Shown here: in pieces, positions 34,308 to 46,872 of the stretch
Layout: each line of letters begins with the position of its first letter
How positions within the stretch are numbered: position 1 is the first letter of the stretch
From: Schizochytrium sp. TIO01
Taxonomy: Eukaryota > Protista > Bigyra: Labyrinthulomycetes
DNA: 64,000 nucleotides
Assembly (NCBI GenBank): GCA_004764695.1
Contig: SMSO01000035.1
Span: 1-64,000 of the forward strand
Direction: 5' to 3'
Program-made: the position numbers and the translations under genes
The notes under the pieces: generated by a model
Database searches by the model: none
What the model was told of the DNA's origin: nothing
The model's input: the letters and a program-made list of their open reading frames with translations, nothing else

Positions 34308-35451
34308 TTTTTCTCCTTTTATTTTTGACCCTAGCACTAAAAGAAAGCAACTCCACGGTTGATATCACAATATTATTTATTATACACATCAAAGATTAAT
34401 TTCATGAAAATAAACCTGCCCGAAGAGGATTACAAGCACTGTAAGAAAGGCAACAAGGCATCTACTCTCGGTCAAAGATGCTCCTCTTTTTGAAACTTTC
34501 CTTCCCTTCTTTCTGGCACACCTTTGGTCACAGCCGCCTGTAGCTCTGATCGTTGAAAGCACCTCTCTGTTTTTTTCACATTGAAGCCGTGAAGCAAACA
34601 TCCAACAACTTGAGTGAAATCCGAAAATCGACAGCTTGTTCTCCATTCTTTCCCAAGCTTTCCCGATCTCAAGATAATCTATCATAGATCGCATCACAAA
34701 CCTATTACTATCTGATAGACAAAAACCTACTCCCGACAAGCAATTTATTTCTTGTATGACACAGTTACGAGTTTTCGTCGCTTCAAGACCTCACCAAAAA
34801 CAACGAAAAAACTACAAGTTTTTGGCTCTTCTGTCAAATTGACCCCGATACAAGGACCTCTTCTTGCCTACTACTCGTTACACAAAACGCCATGACAATC
34901 GAAACTTGACCTCCTTTTGCTCAACAAAACCCAACTCAATGCTATATATTATCAAACCAAAACAATAGCACCCATACACGATCACAAATGGATAGGGACC
35001 TTCCTACCACGTTCTGCATTGTGTGTGACTTGGTAGAAGCACAACGCCTCCTCGTCTTTCTTGAAGAGTAGAATCCATTTTCACACCTTGCGCTCTCAGG
35101 AAAAAATTGACTCAACGGACCTTCGAAAACACTAGCAGCGCTTAACCTACGTATACAACCAACTATCATACCCAGCAACCTACTACTCTCGCCAAAGCCA
35201 GCCATCCTTGCAAACCCGCAACACGAGGCAGCGCGCACGCACGATATCCACGCCCCCGCGACCTCTCGCGCGCCACACCCCTCCACGCGTTCGTTACTCG
35301 TGGGCGAGGCTTGGTCTGCAGAAGCACTTGCGAGGCATCGCGAGGAGTCCGCCCGATCCTCCTTCCTTGCTGTGAAGAAGAAGAAGTAGGAGAAGAAGAA
35401 GAGAGAGCAGAAGTCTCCGTTCCTGATCAGCAGCGCGAGCGAAGACTCAAA

Positions 35452-35454
<3 letters not shown>

Positions 35455-35487
<33 letters not shown>
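35455..35487. repeat. (CT)n microsatellite upstream of the LRR-kinase gene
   Basis: About 16 CT dinucleotides. Confidence 0.95.
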
Positions 35488-35489
<2 letters not shown>

Positions 35490-35585
35490 GAGTGCCAACG
35501 CAAAGCGAAGACTGAGACAAAGCAAAGACAACCAACGCGATTGATCAATCCATCCATCAAAGGTGACACTCACTGCTGCAACACG

Positions 35586-38500
35586 ATGACTGTGGCAAAG
35601 AGCATTAAGGACATCACACAAGATACGACGGAGATAGAGTAAGTTCACGATGGAGAGAGGAGATGAAAGATGAAGGAGGCACCGCGTCGTCGATGTGTTG
35701 TAGTAGTCAGCTTTGTAGAAGAAGAATAGTTTTGAACTAGTAGTGGCACTGATGAAGAAGTTGGAAATGGCATATACTTACTCTCACTTGTTCACAAACA
35801 AACAAACAAACACAGTCTTGGTGGGCACGACATTAACGATGAGTGCGCAAAGGCCGTCGCAAAGGCACTCGAGCGATGCAAGAACCTTCAAAAATTGTAG
35901 TACGTTTGTGGAATCATCCACGAGAGAAAGCTATCGAAACAGGCAGGACCAAGCTTTTTCTTTCTTTATTTTGAGTGGTGTTGGTACTAGGGGAAAGGAA
36001 TCAAAACGAAAGCACTGCTGGTACACTACCTACGTAGTTTACATAGTTGGGTACTTTAGAAAGGCAAAGAAGTCTTTTCTTTTTTACAAAGAGAAGAAGG
36101 AAGGGCAAAACGAAATCTATATAATTTGATAGGCAGCAGCACAAGATGAGGTGATTGCTTTTTATTGTGAGGAAAAACAAAACAAAACAGGATCAACTGA
36201 CTGGACCTGTCTTTCCTGACAACGAATGAACAAAACAAACTTATTCATTTATACTCACAGTCTTGGTGGGGGGGGGTTGGGGGTGCAACAAGATTGGCTC
36301 GGAGGGCGCAAAGGCCGTCGCAAAGGCACTCGAGGGATGCAACAACCTAACTCATCTGAAGTACGTTTGTGGAATCATTCACGAGGGAAAGCTATCGTAA
36401 TAGTCAGGACCAAGCTTTTTCTTTCTTTCTTTTCAGTGCTTGGTGTTTGTAGTACTGCTGGTACACTACCTAAGTAGTTTACGTAGTTGGGTACGCAAAG
36501 AAAGGCAAAGAAGTCTTTTCTTTTTTACAAAGAGAAGAAGGAAATCTATATAATTTGATAGGCCGCAGCAGCAGAAGAAGAAGAAGAGGTGATTGCTTTT
36601 TATTGTGAGGAAAAACAAAACAAAACAGGATCAACTGACTGGACCTGTCTTTCCTGACAATGAATGAACAAAACAAACTTATTCATTTATACTCACAGTC
36701 TTGAGAACAACAACATTGGCTCGGAGGCCGCAAAGACCGTCGCAAAGGCACTCGAGGGATGCAAGAACCTTCAAACTTTAAAGTACGTTTGTGGAATCAT
36801 CCACGAGGGAAAGCTATCGTAATAGTCAGGACCAAGCTTTTTCTTTCTTTCTTTTTAGTGCCTGGTGTTTGTAGTACTGCTGGTACACTACCTAAGTAGT
36901 TTACGTAGTTAGGTACGCAAAGAAAGGCAAAGAAGTCTTTTCTTTTTTACAAAGAGAAGAAGGAAATCTATATAATTTGATAGGCAGCAGCAGCAGCAGA
37001 AGAAGAAGAGGTGATTGCTTTTTATTGTGAGGAAAAACAAAACAAAACAGGATCAACTGACTGGACCTGTCTTTCCTGACAACGAATGAACAAAACAAAC
37101 TTATTCATTTATACTCACAGTCTTGAGAACAACAACATTGGCTCGGAGGCCGCAAAGACCGTCGCAAAGGCACTCGAGGGATGCAAGAACCTTCAAACTT
37201 TAAAGTACGTTTGTGGAATCATCCACGAGGGAAAGCTATCGTAATAGTCAGGACCAAGCTTTTTCTTTCTTTATTTTTAGTGCCTGGTGTTTGTAGTACT
37301 GCTGGTACACTACCTAAGTAGTTTACGTAGTTGGGTACGCAAAGAAAGGCAAAGAAGTCTTTTCTTTTTTACAAAGAGAAGAAGGAAACCTATATAATTT
37401 GATAGGCAGCAGCAGCAGCAGAAGCAGCAGAAGAAGAAGAGCTGATTGCTTTTTATTGTGAGGAAAAACAAAACAAAACAGGATCAACTGACTGGACCTG
37501 TCTTTCCTGACAACGAATGAACAAAACAAACTTATTCATTTATACTCACAGTCTTCGTAACAACAACATTGGCTCAGAGGGCGCAAAGGCCGTCGCAAAG
37601 GCACTCGAGGGATGCAAGAACCTTACTTTTCTGAAGTACGTTTGTGGAATCATCCACGAGGGAAAGCTATCGTAATAGTCAGGACCAAGCTTTTTCTTTT
37701 TTTCTTTTTAGTGCTTGGTGTTTGTAGTACTGCTGGTACACTACCTAAGTAGTTTACGTAGTTGGGTACGCAAAGAAAGGCAAAGAAGTCTTTTCTTTTT
37801 TACAAAGAGAAGAAGGAAATCTATATAATTTGATAGTCAGCAGCAGCAGCAGCAGAAGAAGAAGAAGAGCTGATTGCTTTTTATTATGAGGAAAAACAAA
37901 ACAAAACAGGATCAACTGACTGGACCTGTCTTTCCTGACAACGAATGAACAAAACAAACTTATTCATTTATACTCACAGTCTTGGTTGGAACAGCATTGG
38001 CTCGAAGGGCGCAAAGGCCGTCGCAAAGGCACTCGAGGGATGCAAGAACCTTCAAACTTTAGTGTACGTTTGTGGAATCATCCACGAAGGAAAGCTATCG
38101 TCATAGTCAGGACCAAGCTTTTTCTTTCTTTGTTTTTAGTGCTTGGTGTTTGTAGACACTACCTAAGTAGTTTACGTAGTTGGGTACGCAAAGAAAGGCA
38201 AAGAAGTCTTTTCTTTTTTACAAAGAGAAGAAGGAAATCTATATAATTTGATAGGCAGCAGCAGCAGCAGCAGAAGAAGAAGAAGAGGTGATTGCTTTTT
38301 ATTGTGAGGAAAATCGAAACAAAACAGGATCAACTGACTGGACCTGTCTTTCCTGACAACGAATGAACAAAGCAAACTTATTCATTTATACTCACAGTCT
38401 TTACAACAACAACATTGGCTCGGAGGGCGCAAAGGCCGTCGCAAAGGCACTCGAGGGATGCAAGAACCTTCAAACTTTAGAGTACGTTTGTGGAATCATC

Positions 38501-41500
38501 CACGAGGGAAAGCTATCGTAATAGTCAGGACCAAGCTTTTTCTTTCTTTCGTTTTAGTGCTTGGTGTTTGTAGTACTGCTGGTACACTACCTAAGTAGTT
38601 TACGTAGTTAGGTACGCAAAGAAAGGCAAAGAAGTCTTTTCTTTTTTACAAAGAGAAGAAGGAAATCTATATAATTTGATAGGCAGCAGCAGCAGAAGAA
38701 GAAGAAGAAGAGGTGATTGCTTTTTATTGTGAGGAAAAACAAAACAAAAGAGGATCAACTGACTGGACCTGTCTTTCCTGACAACGAATGAACAAAACAA
38801 ACTTATTCATTTATACTCACAGTCTTTTTGGCAACAACATTGGCGATGAGGGCGCAAAGGCCGTCGCAAAGGCACTCGAGGGATGCAAGAACCTTCAACA
38901 ATTAGAGTACGTTTGTGGAATCATCCACGAGGGAAAGCTATCGTAATAGGCAGGACCAACCTCTTTCTTTCTTTCTTTTTAGTGCTTGGTGTTTGTAGTA
39001 CTGCTGGTACACTACCTAAGTAGTTTACGTAGTTGGGTACGCAAAGAAAGGCAAAGAAGTCTTTTCTTTTTTACAAAGAGAAGAAGGAAATCTATATAAT
39101 TTGATAGGCAGCAGCAGCAGCAGAAGAAGAAGAAGAGCTGATTGCTTTTTATTGTGAGGAAAAACAAAACAAAAGAGGATCAACTGACTGGACCTGTCTT
39201 TCCTGACAACGAATGAACAAAACAAACTTATTCATTTATACTCACAGTCTTTTTGGCAACAAGATTGGCTCGGAGGGCGCAAAGGCCGTCGCAAAGGCAC
39301 TCGAGGGATGCAAGAACCTTCAAACTTTAAAGTACGTTTGTGGAATCATCCACGAGGGAAAACTATCGTAATAGTCAGGACCAAGCTTTTTCTTTCTTTC
39401 TTTCTTTTTTGTGCTTGGTGTTTGTAGTACTGCTGGTACACTACCTAAGTAGTTTACGTAGTTGGGTACGCAAAGAAAGGCAAAGAAGTCTTTTCTTTTT
39501 TACAAAGAGAAGAAGGAAATCTATATAATTTGATAGTCAGCAGCAGCAGCAGCAGCAGAAGAAGAAGAGGTGATTGCTTTTTATTGTGAGGAAAATCGAA
39601 ACAAAACAGGATCAACTGACTGGACCTGTCTTTCCTGACAACGAATGAACAAAGCAAACTTATTCATTTATACTCACAGTCTTTACAACAACAACATTGG
39701 CTCGGAGGGCGCAAAGGCCGTCGCAAAGGCACTCGAGGGATGCAAGAACCTGACTTTTCTGAAGTACGTTTGTGGAATCATCCACGAGGGAAAGCTATCG
39801 TAATAGTCAGGACCACGCTTTTTCTTTCTTTATTTTTAGTGCTTGGTGTTTGTAGTACACTACCTGAGTAGTTTACGTAGTTGGGTACGCAAAGAAAGGC
39901 AAAGAAGTCTTTACTTTTTTACAAAGAGAACAAGGAAATCTATATAATTTGATAGGCAGCAGCAGCAGAAGAAGAAGAGGTGATTGCTTTTTATTGTGAG
40001 GAAAAACAAAACAAAAGAGGATCAACTGACTGGACCTGTCTTTCCTGACAACGAATGAACAAAACAAACTTATTCATTTATACTCACAGTCTTTACAACA
40101 ACAACATTGGCTCGGAGGGCGCAAAGGCCGTCGCAAAGGCTCTGCACAAAGCATGTCCTTCTGTTGAAATCTAGTAAGTTCCGTTCTCTCTGCTGCTGCT
40201 CCCAGCTTGCGCAGAGCCTTGCCTTCGCTGGTTATGTCTCCATATGGACTTGTGAGAAGGCCGTCTTTAGATGCGTTCATCGTTTTTCTAACAAGCGCTC
40301 TTATTCTCTTTCATTCGTGTATTCACATTCCTTTGCAAAACGCCGCAGTTTCGATGATGATTATGATTATGATTTTAGTGATTGTTGTCTTACCCCTGAA
40401 GATTTGTTCGAAAGGGTGTGTTCTCCTGGAGAGGACATTGCAGATTTCTCGTCAGAGCTCGATTCCTATGCTTCCATAGAGGCTGCAGAAAGCGAGCCTT
40501 CTGCAGAGCCCAAGAACGAGCAAGATGGCATTGATGGCGCCGGGCCTGCTACTTTGGATGGATCTGGGTAAGTTCATGCGGTCAGTCTTTGTTTGGGATC
40601 GTGTAATTATTCATTCCACGAATTGTGTTATTGAGATAGAGGGTATCCTAACCTTTGCTTTTGCCTTTATTACTGCTTCAACACCATTTTGCTCGTTTGC
40701 TTACGTCTTCTTGTTCGTCTCAGAGAACGGCCGGATGGAGCGAGCGTGAGTTTCGCTGATGTGGTGCAGCTTGCCAAGAAAGTCTCGGACTTGCGCGCGG
40801 ACCGAGGCGGGGTCAGAGGAAACTCCCTGCAGACTGGGATTGCCTTGCTTGAGGAATTCGTTCGACCGGCGATTCAGGGCTACTTTGGCCAAGTGAAGTT
40901 GCGACAGGTTTTCGCTGACATCAAGAACTCCAAAGAGAGTCTTGACGTGCTACAAGGCCAGATTCGTGCAAGCACCGCCAATGGCTTACCCAGCCTCATC
41001 GAAAAGCGGAACACCGAACGGAGGTACCTGTATTCACTTTTGCAGGTTGTGTACCCATGGGTTCGCGCCAACCTTTGCGAAAGTGATGAGAGTGCAGTGC
41101 GAGAATTCAAAGTGAGAGTCGAAAGTTTTATAAACGATCTAAAGATCAACCTTGCACCCGTCGATGAAGAAACCAGCACAGATGACTTCAAACACTGCCA
41201 AGAACTCGTTGTTCAGGCTGTCCAATGCGTGGAAGGGTACAAGAGGAGTGGAGAAGGTCATCCCAACAACATTGGTGAACGAAGCCAACAAGCTGTAAAA
41301 CGCGTCATCTCTCGATTGTCTGAGCTAGAACTTGGTGATGGATTATCGGTTGCCCTGAGGACACCCGAGCAGGCCATGGAGCTAGAACCCGAGTTGTCTG
41401 AACTTGAGAGTGCTCTCAAGGAAGAGATCGAAGCTCTACAAGGAGATACACTTCGTGCCCACTTGTCCAAAATATTTTGCGCGATAAGTTCAACATTTGC

Positions 41501-43412
41501 TCGATTTGAAGGATACTCTGAAAGCACAGTGTTGAATGATGCAAGCAAGTGCACAGCAACAGAGCTCTCTAATCTGTATGACTATGCAGTGCTGGGTTTG
41601 AAAGAACCTTCCGTCTCAGATGTTGAAGCATTATACCAGAAACTCGACAAGTCAAGGAAAGCCACAGAAAGATTAAAAATCGCCGAAGCAGAACTAGTGG
41701 CTGAGGACTTGGATGAGGAAGAACGAGAGCACTATAGAAGTCGTATCAAGAAACAAAAGCTCGTTCTCTCTGAAGGCAACCCTATCGAGCTTAGCAAAGC
41801 TTTTCGTCATAAGCTTGCTGAAACTCTGCAACATGCACAGGAGCATTATCCAGAGTTACTGCAAGATAGAGCCTGGCTGGAAAGGCTTCATGTAAGTACA
41901 GAGGGTGTTTTTGAAGTAGCATGTTCTGACCTTTGGCTGGCAAACGTCGAGATTTCAGACTTCAAGCCTGTTGGTGATCTCCTAGCTTCCAGAGGAGGTA
42001 AGACTGTCCAGAAGGTTCTTGATGGAGATGGCAAAACTCTCGTTCTCAAACAGTTTCAACTGGGGCATCTAAGTCAATCTAAAACCTTCTACAAACAAGT
42101 TGCCAATCTGGGCAAAGTGGTGTCTCAGCACGTGATCCGGATCACTGGGGCCTTTGTGGACATGACTCATGGAGTGCCACGTGGCTGTATCGTCATGCCT
42201 TTCTACGAGCAAGGTGACCTGGCCAGGTGGATTGAGAGTCATCCTAACGAAGGCAAAGCAGCGCGTGACCGTCTTGCTGTGGGCCTGCTTATCGGCGTGG
42301 CGGATTTACATACCCACGGCATTGTGCATTGTGACATCAAACCAGAAAACATTTTCCTCACAAGCAACGGGACACCATTGATCGGCGACTTTGACGGCAT
42401 CAAGAATGCAGACTACACTGCAACTTACACATCACTCCAGGCAACGCCACGGAACATTTGCCCCGAATTGCAGAATGGGCCTGTAGATAGGTTTGAAACA
42501 GCGATGGACATGTACTCTGTGGGCATCAGCTTAAAGGAGCTGTATCCTACTGAGCGAACCGCTGCAATGCAGAAACTTATCGATGCTCTTACAGCAACAA
42601 ACCCTGGCCAGCGTCCAACCGCTCGCCAAGCACTCCAACATGAAGCTTTTGGAGCTCCTAAGATCCCTGTCAAGATATGTCTAGTATGCATGGAGGAGCA
42701 TCTGCTTTCCGAGGGCACGAGCTGCGAGGAGGGAGACTTCCTTTGCAGAGACTGTATCGAATCTTCAGTAGAAGCGGCGGCACGGCCACTTGCTAACGTA
42801 AGAGTAGATGCTGATGGAACGATGGCGTGCATGAAACCTGAATGTAGTGGAAGGATATCAGGTCAAGAAATCACTCGTCTTGCACCAACTGCTTTGAATC
42901 ACCTATTGTTGATTGCGAAGATGAAGGCAGAAAATGAAGCAGCAGTTTGGGCGGAGAAGGAGATCCAAAGGCGTATAGCACAAGTTTTATGTGCTGATGA
43001 ACAGAATCGCGACGCACGGGTTCATTTACTTCATATTCAAGAGAAGATCTTGAGCACGAGTTGTCCTAATTGTAAGGCGTATGTACACGATTTTGACGGT
43101 TGCTGTGCTGTAGAGTGTGGTAATGAGACTTGTGGTCATCACTTCTGCGCTTGGTGTCTTGGCTACAGTTCTCATGATGAAGATGCATGTCATGATCATG
43201 TGAGAACCTGTTCAAGAAGACTTGGGGAAGATCCATTTTTTGCTGAGTCTTTTGAGCAGGTTCGTGAGGCGTGGCAGTTGCTCCGCGCTGAACGTCTGCG
43301 TGAGTACTGGAATGCACAAATTCAGGATAGAAATCTTCGACTCGTTCTGAGAGAGTTATTGTCACCTTTGCTAACACCAGATATTGTTGGCGCAAACTTT
43401 AGATTGGAATAA
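35586..43412 (+). CDS. LRR (11 repeats) - helical region - protein kinase - RING1/Rcat (RBR-like E3) protein, about 1300 aa, 14 exons
   Basis: Exons 35586-35638, 35816-35899, 36261-36360, 36699-36782, 37121-37204, 37552-37635, 37980-38063, 38398-38481, 38823-38906, 39248-39331, 39680-39763, 40090-40173, 40349-40567, 40724-43412; all GT-AG, phase 2. LRR consensus LxxNNIGSEGAKAVAKALEGCKNLxxLx. Kinase motifs LVLK, HCDIKPEN, GDFD. RING CLVC...C...CRDC...CMKPEC. Rcat CPNC...DGC...C...CGHHFCAWC. Exon 3 is 100 nt (one extra G in a poly-G run). Confidence 0.88.
35810..40140 (+). repeat. Tandem array of about 425-bp units (84-nt LRR exon plus about 340-nt intron), about 10 periods
   Basis: Near-identical introns, each with a variable (CAG)n(AAG)n tract; periods mostly 410-445 bp. 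Confidence 0.97.
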
Positions 43413-46400
43413 GCTAATCGAATTTTTAATGATTATCTTTTGCTTAAGCTCCGTTGACTAGAATGCAAAAAAGCAACTGATCTCTTCCAGATAGTACCGA
43501 CGTCTGCCAACAGGATCAACATTTATAATGTGTATTCATGCAAGGTTCTTCGTGAGGGGAAGTACTAAAACTTAACATAAATTTAACATAAACTAGACCA
43601 GAGTAATGGTTTGTTAACATTTGACTCATGATATACATGCTTTCTTAACTTTATTTTTCCGGGTCAAGGAACATATTTACTTTATTATGGGGTACAAAGT
43701 TTTTCTTAGTTTTACTCTCTCCGTTCCTTCGATAGTTCATTCAGCAACACCGCACAATATCAGAAACTATATAATATAAACTCAAAAATTCTTTTTATTC
43801 AACTCTCTTTGGCGGTTCTCAATAGTTCTTATTTTAGAAAGCAACTCTTTCTTCATGTTTTCATCAAAAGCCAAAATGCAGTTCTTCTAACAGCACTGAA
43901 ACACTTAATCTGACGATTTCCCCGCCTCCTTGCAATTTAAATTCTGCACACCATCCTAGCATCAAAGGGCCTGTAATACGCAACTTCTTATTATATAGTC
44001 CTATCAAACATATAACACCATAATATTACGGTTGCGAGGTGCTGGGCTTTTCCAATTTGCAAAAGAACTCCATCAAAGGCAGGAGCAAGAGTAATTTTAC
44101 AGACACAACCTTTCTCCGGACCTATGACGACCTAGGTAATAGGGAGGTTCGCTTTATCTTGGTCACTATTTAATATTACACAACAAATCAATCGTAGAGA
44201 TCAGACTCTGAACACATGCATTTGCACTCCAGACGACTTTTGAAAGCTGGAATGAAACCATCAGTCATGTAATCCTCGAAATTCTTTAATCTTGATATGC
44301 CATGTATCCAGATTTACTATTCGAAGCATGGACTCTTCTCAAGAAAAACATTCAATTTCTACATCTTAAATTCTCAGAACAAAGTTGACTTAACGAACCT
44401 CCAAAGGCAAAACATTGCCTTCCTGATCGCCTCTTTAAGTTGTTCTTCAAAGATTTTATAGAAGAGAGCATTGCAAGAACACACAGAGTGATAAGGGAAT
44501 TAGGTTACTCCATCAATCTGAGATTTCGAGACAATGACAGAACTGTGGATTTCACAGAAGCTACAAAGTAAATGCACAATCGCTATAGGAGGAGGCTATT
44601 AAAGATGTGCTCTAAGCAGCCAGAGGTTACTTAGGAAGATGGAGGCATCTTTTTATGCTTCGGCGTACACAGTTAGCGATTTCAAACCTTGGAGATGAAC
44701 ACTCAGCACCAAAACTTCAAGAGTTTTGTGCATTCAAGGATTTATTGTCCTGGTAAATGATTAGCTGCTGCTGCGTAAAGATATTGAACAGGTGGAACAG
44801 TTCATACCCTGAGTATCAGACTAAGACTGTTAAAACTCGGAGCTCAAGGGGTTAGGCTAGCTCGTTTGTTCAACACAAGTCTTTGGTTGTGTATTACACA
44901 TTCACTTATGAATTTGCTTGGTCTCACTCCGTATTTGATAGTCATATTCTTACAAGTCCTAGACTATGAGGACTTATAATAGTGTGACAATGGCTCTTCT
45001 CCACAGAACTCTTTGATTGGTAATCTCAGCACAGATGATATAAATTTTGCTGCGCCCCATGAACTGCATATTTCAATCTGGCTACTTGACTTAATAGAAT
45101 CTCGCATGATAAGCTTTAGCAGTGTTCCAAGGCATATTCTACAATGATGAATTAAAAAACACTACATTATGATTTATCTGTTGAAAGAAACTATTGACTC
45201 TACATACTTATGCCTTATCGAAGTTTTACAGTTCTGTGTCGGACGGATCATCTCAATGTGCCGAAGACAAAACCAAAGCCTATAGACTTTGACAATGGGC
45301 CTTGTCAGCAGTTCCTGAATATTAATTCTAACTTTTCTTTTCCTTCATTTCTCTACCTACGCTATCTCTTGGTGATCGCCTCACGCTAACTTGCAATATG
45401 CCTCCAAGAGGGGAACATGCATATTTAATCAACATGTGCTTAGAGTGTCAACGAAAGTCTTAAGCGGTTTGCATCTCCCACGAGATCTCTGTGATGGTGT
45501 AGTGTTGTGCGCCCACTGAAGATTGTGTTGTTCTTCAAACATACATTAAGGTTGCTGTTCGAGTCAGTGTCAAAGTAGTTGAGACACATGTGAGTACACA
45601 GCCAAACAGAATGCGCACAACCGTGCTTGGCTAGTTTCTTCATTTGCTTTTATACGCACTTCTCGTTATAGTCAACTTTGTAACACTAGATATTCTATAT
45701 AGGTGGTTAACTCAATAGGAATAGTAGTACCCAGTAACTTTCTTTCTTGTCTCAAGCTTGGGGAGTTAGCTCGTTGTGGTTTTCCAGGAAATACACAGCT
45801 GCTTCAATGTTTCATGAACGTAGAACATCTTGCATCTGTGAAAGGAAGAATCTTCTGAAGGAGAGAGCCAAACTATATCGGTGAGAATTGGACATGCAAA
45901 GGAACATCTTGAAGTGAACAAGTGTGACTTTTTCTTCTAGCACAGTACTGCAAGCTGTACAATAAACAACAGGTACACCAGTTCCGATTTATGATGTTCT
46001 TTTCTGACCTGCATAACTCAACAATAAGGAACACCAAAACTAAAAAACAGTGTAAAATTTCATTTTTTTCTTAATGTGATTATTTTAAACTATGCAAACT
46101 AGATTAAAGCAAATACTTATAAACATTAACCTATGTAAGACAGGTCTGGAATTTCTCAATCATGTCGGATACTTTCGTGCTTGGGAAAGAAATATGAGGC
46201 TTTTCTTTATCATGCACACAAGATTTGTAATATTCAAATAATCGATTGCTCGAAAGGCACAAGCTCCAACTCAAATAAGAGGGTAGAGGACCTACAGCTT
46301 TTTGCCAATCTTGTCGGATTGCCTTGCAAACTCATTTCCAGGCTTGCTTCGTCCCCTTCGTTCCCTGACATAGACGCATCACTATGTTGACTGACGCTTC

Positions 46401-46754
46401 ATCATGGTCTTGTCATGAAGGTGTTCCTTTGAGCCTTGCGAAGTCATGACGTAGTACTGTGTCAATTTTCCTTCTCAGTAGTGTTAATCTAAAACAGAAA
46501 TTCATCACTTGTTGAGAAAGTTATATGTTTCTGTTTTGTCGAAAAAAAGAGCAGACTTGCTGTTTACTGACTTTACTGTCGCTCGGCATTAGCTTGTATC
46601 TCAAGAAAGACAGATAAAACACTTCGTAGCAGAAAGCCTGCAAGGAAGCTTTTGTCTTCATGGCAGAGGCCAGAGAGACTCGAAGGAAAGCTACTTTCTG
46701 CGTTGTTACTTTTTTATCAAAAGAATGAAATAACAGAATTCGACTCTCTCGATC

Positions 46755-46872
46755 ACATTCGATCATACCACGCGGGTAACACCGCATCTCATTCGCACTG
46801 AGAAGCAAAGTCGCGTAGGGCCGGGTCAGTAGTATGATAGGGGACTGCATGCGAAGCCCCGGTGTTGAATGT
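46755..46872 (+). rRNA. 5S rRNA, copy 2
   Basis: Matches copy 1 except at two positions I could see; T-rich terminator; flanks unrelated to copy 1. Confidence 0.95.

Noticed and set aside
36056-40067. Repeated minus-strand ORFs MFCSFVVRKDRSS...LLLLL
   Set aside because: They are antisense readings of the repeated introns; the poly-Leu comes from the CAG/AAG microsatellite.
35810-40140. CRISPR-like pattern of constant repeats with short variable segments
   Set aside because: Units are about 425 bp, the variable parts are codons in spliced exons, no cas genes are present, and the context is eukaryotic.
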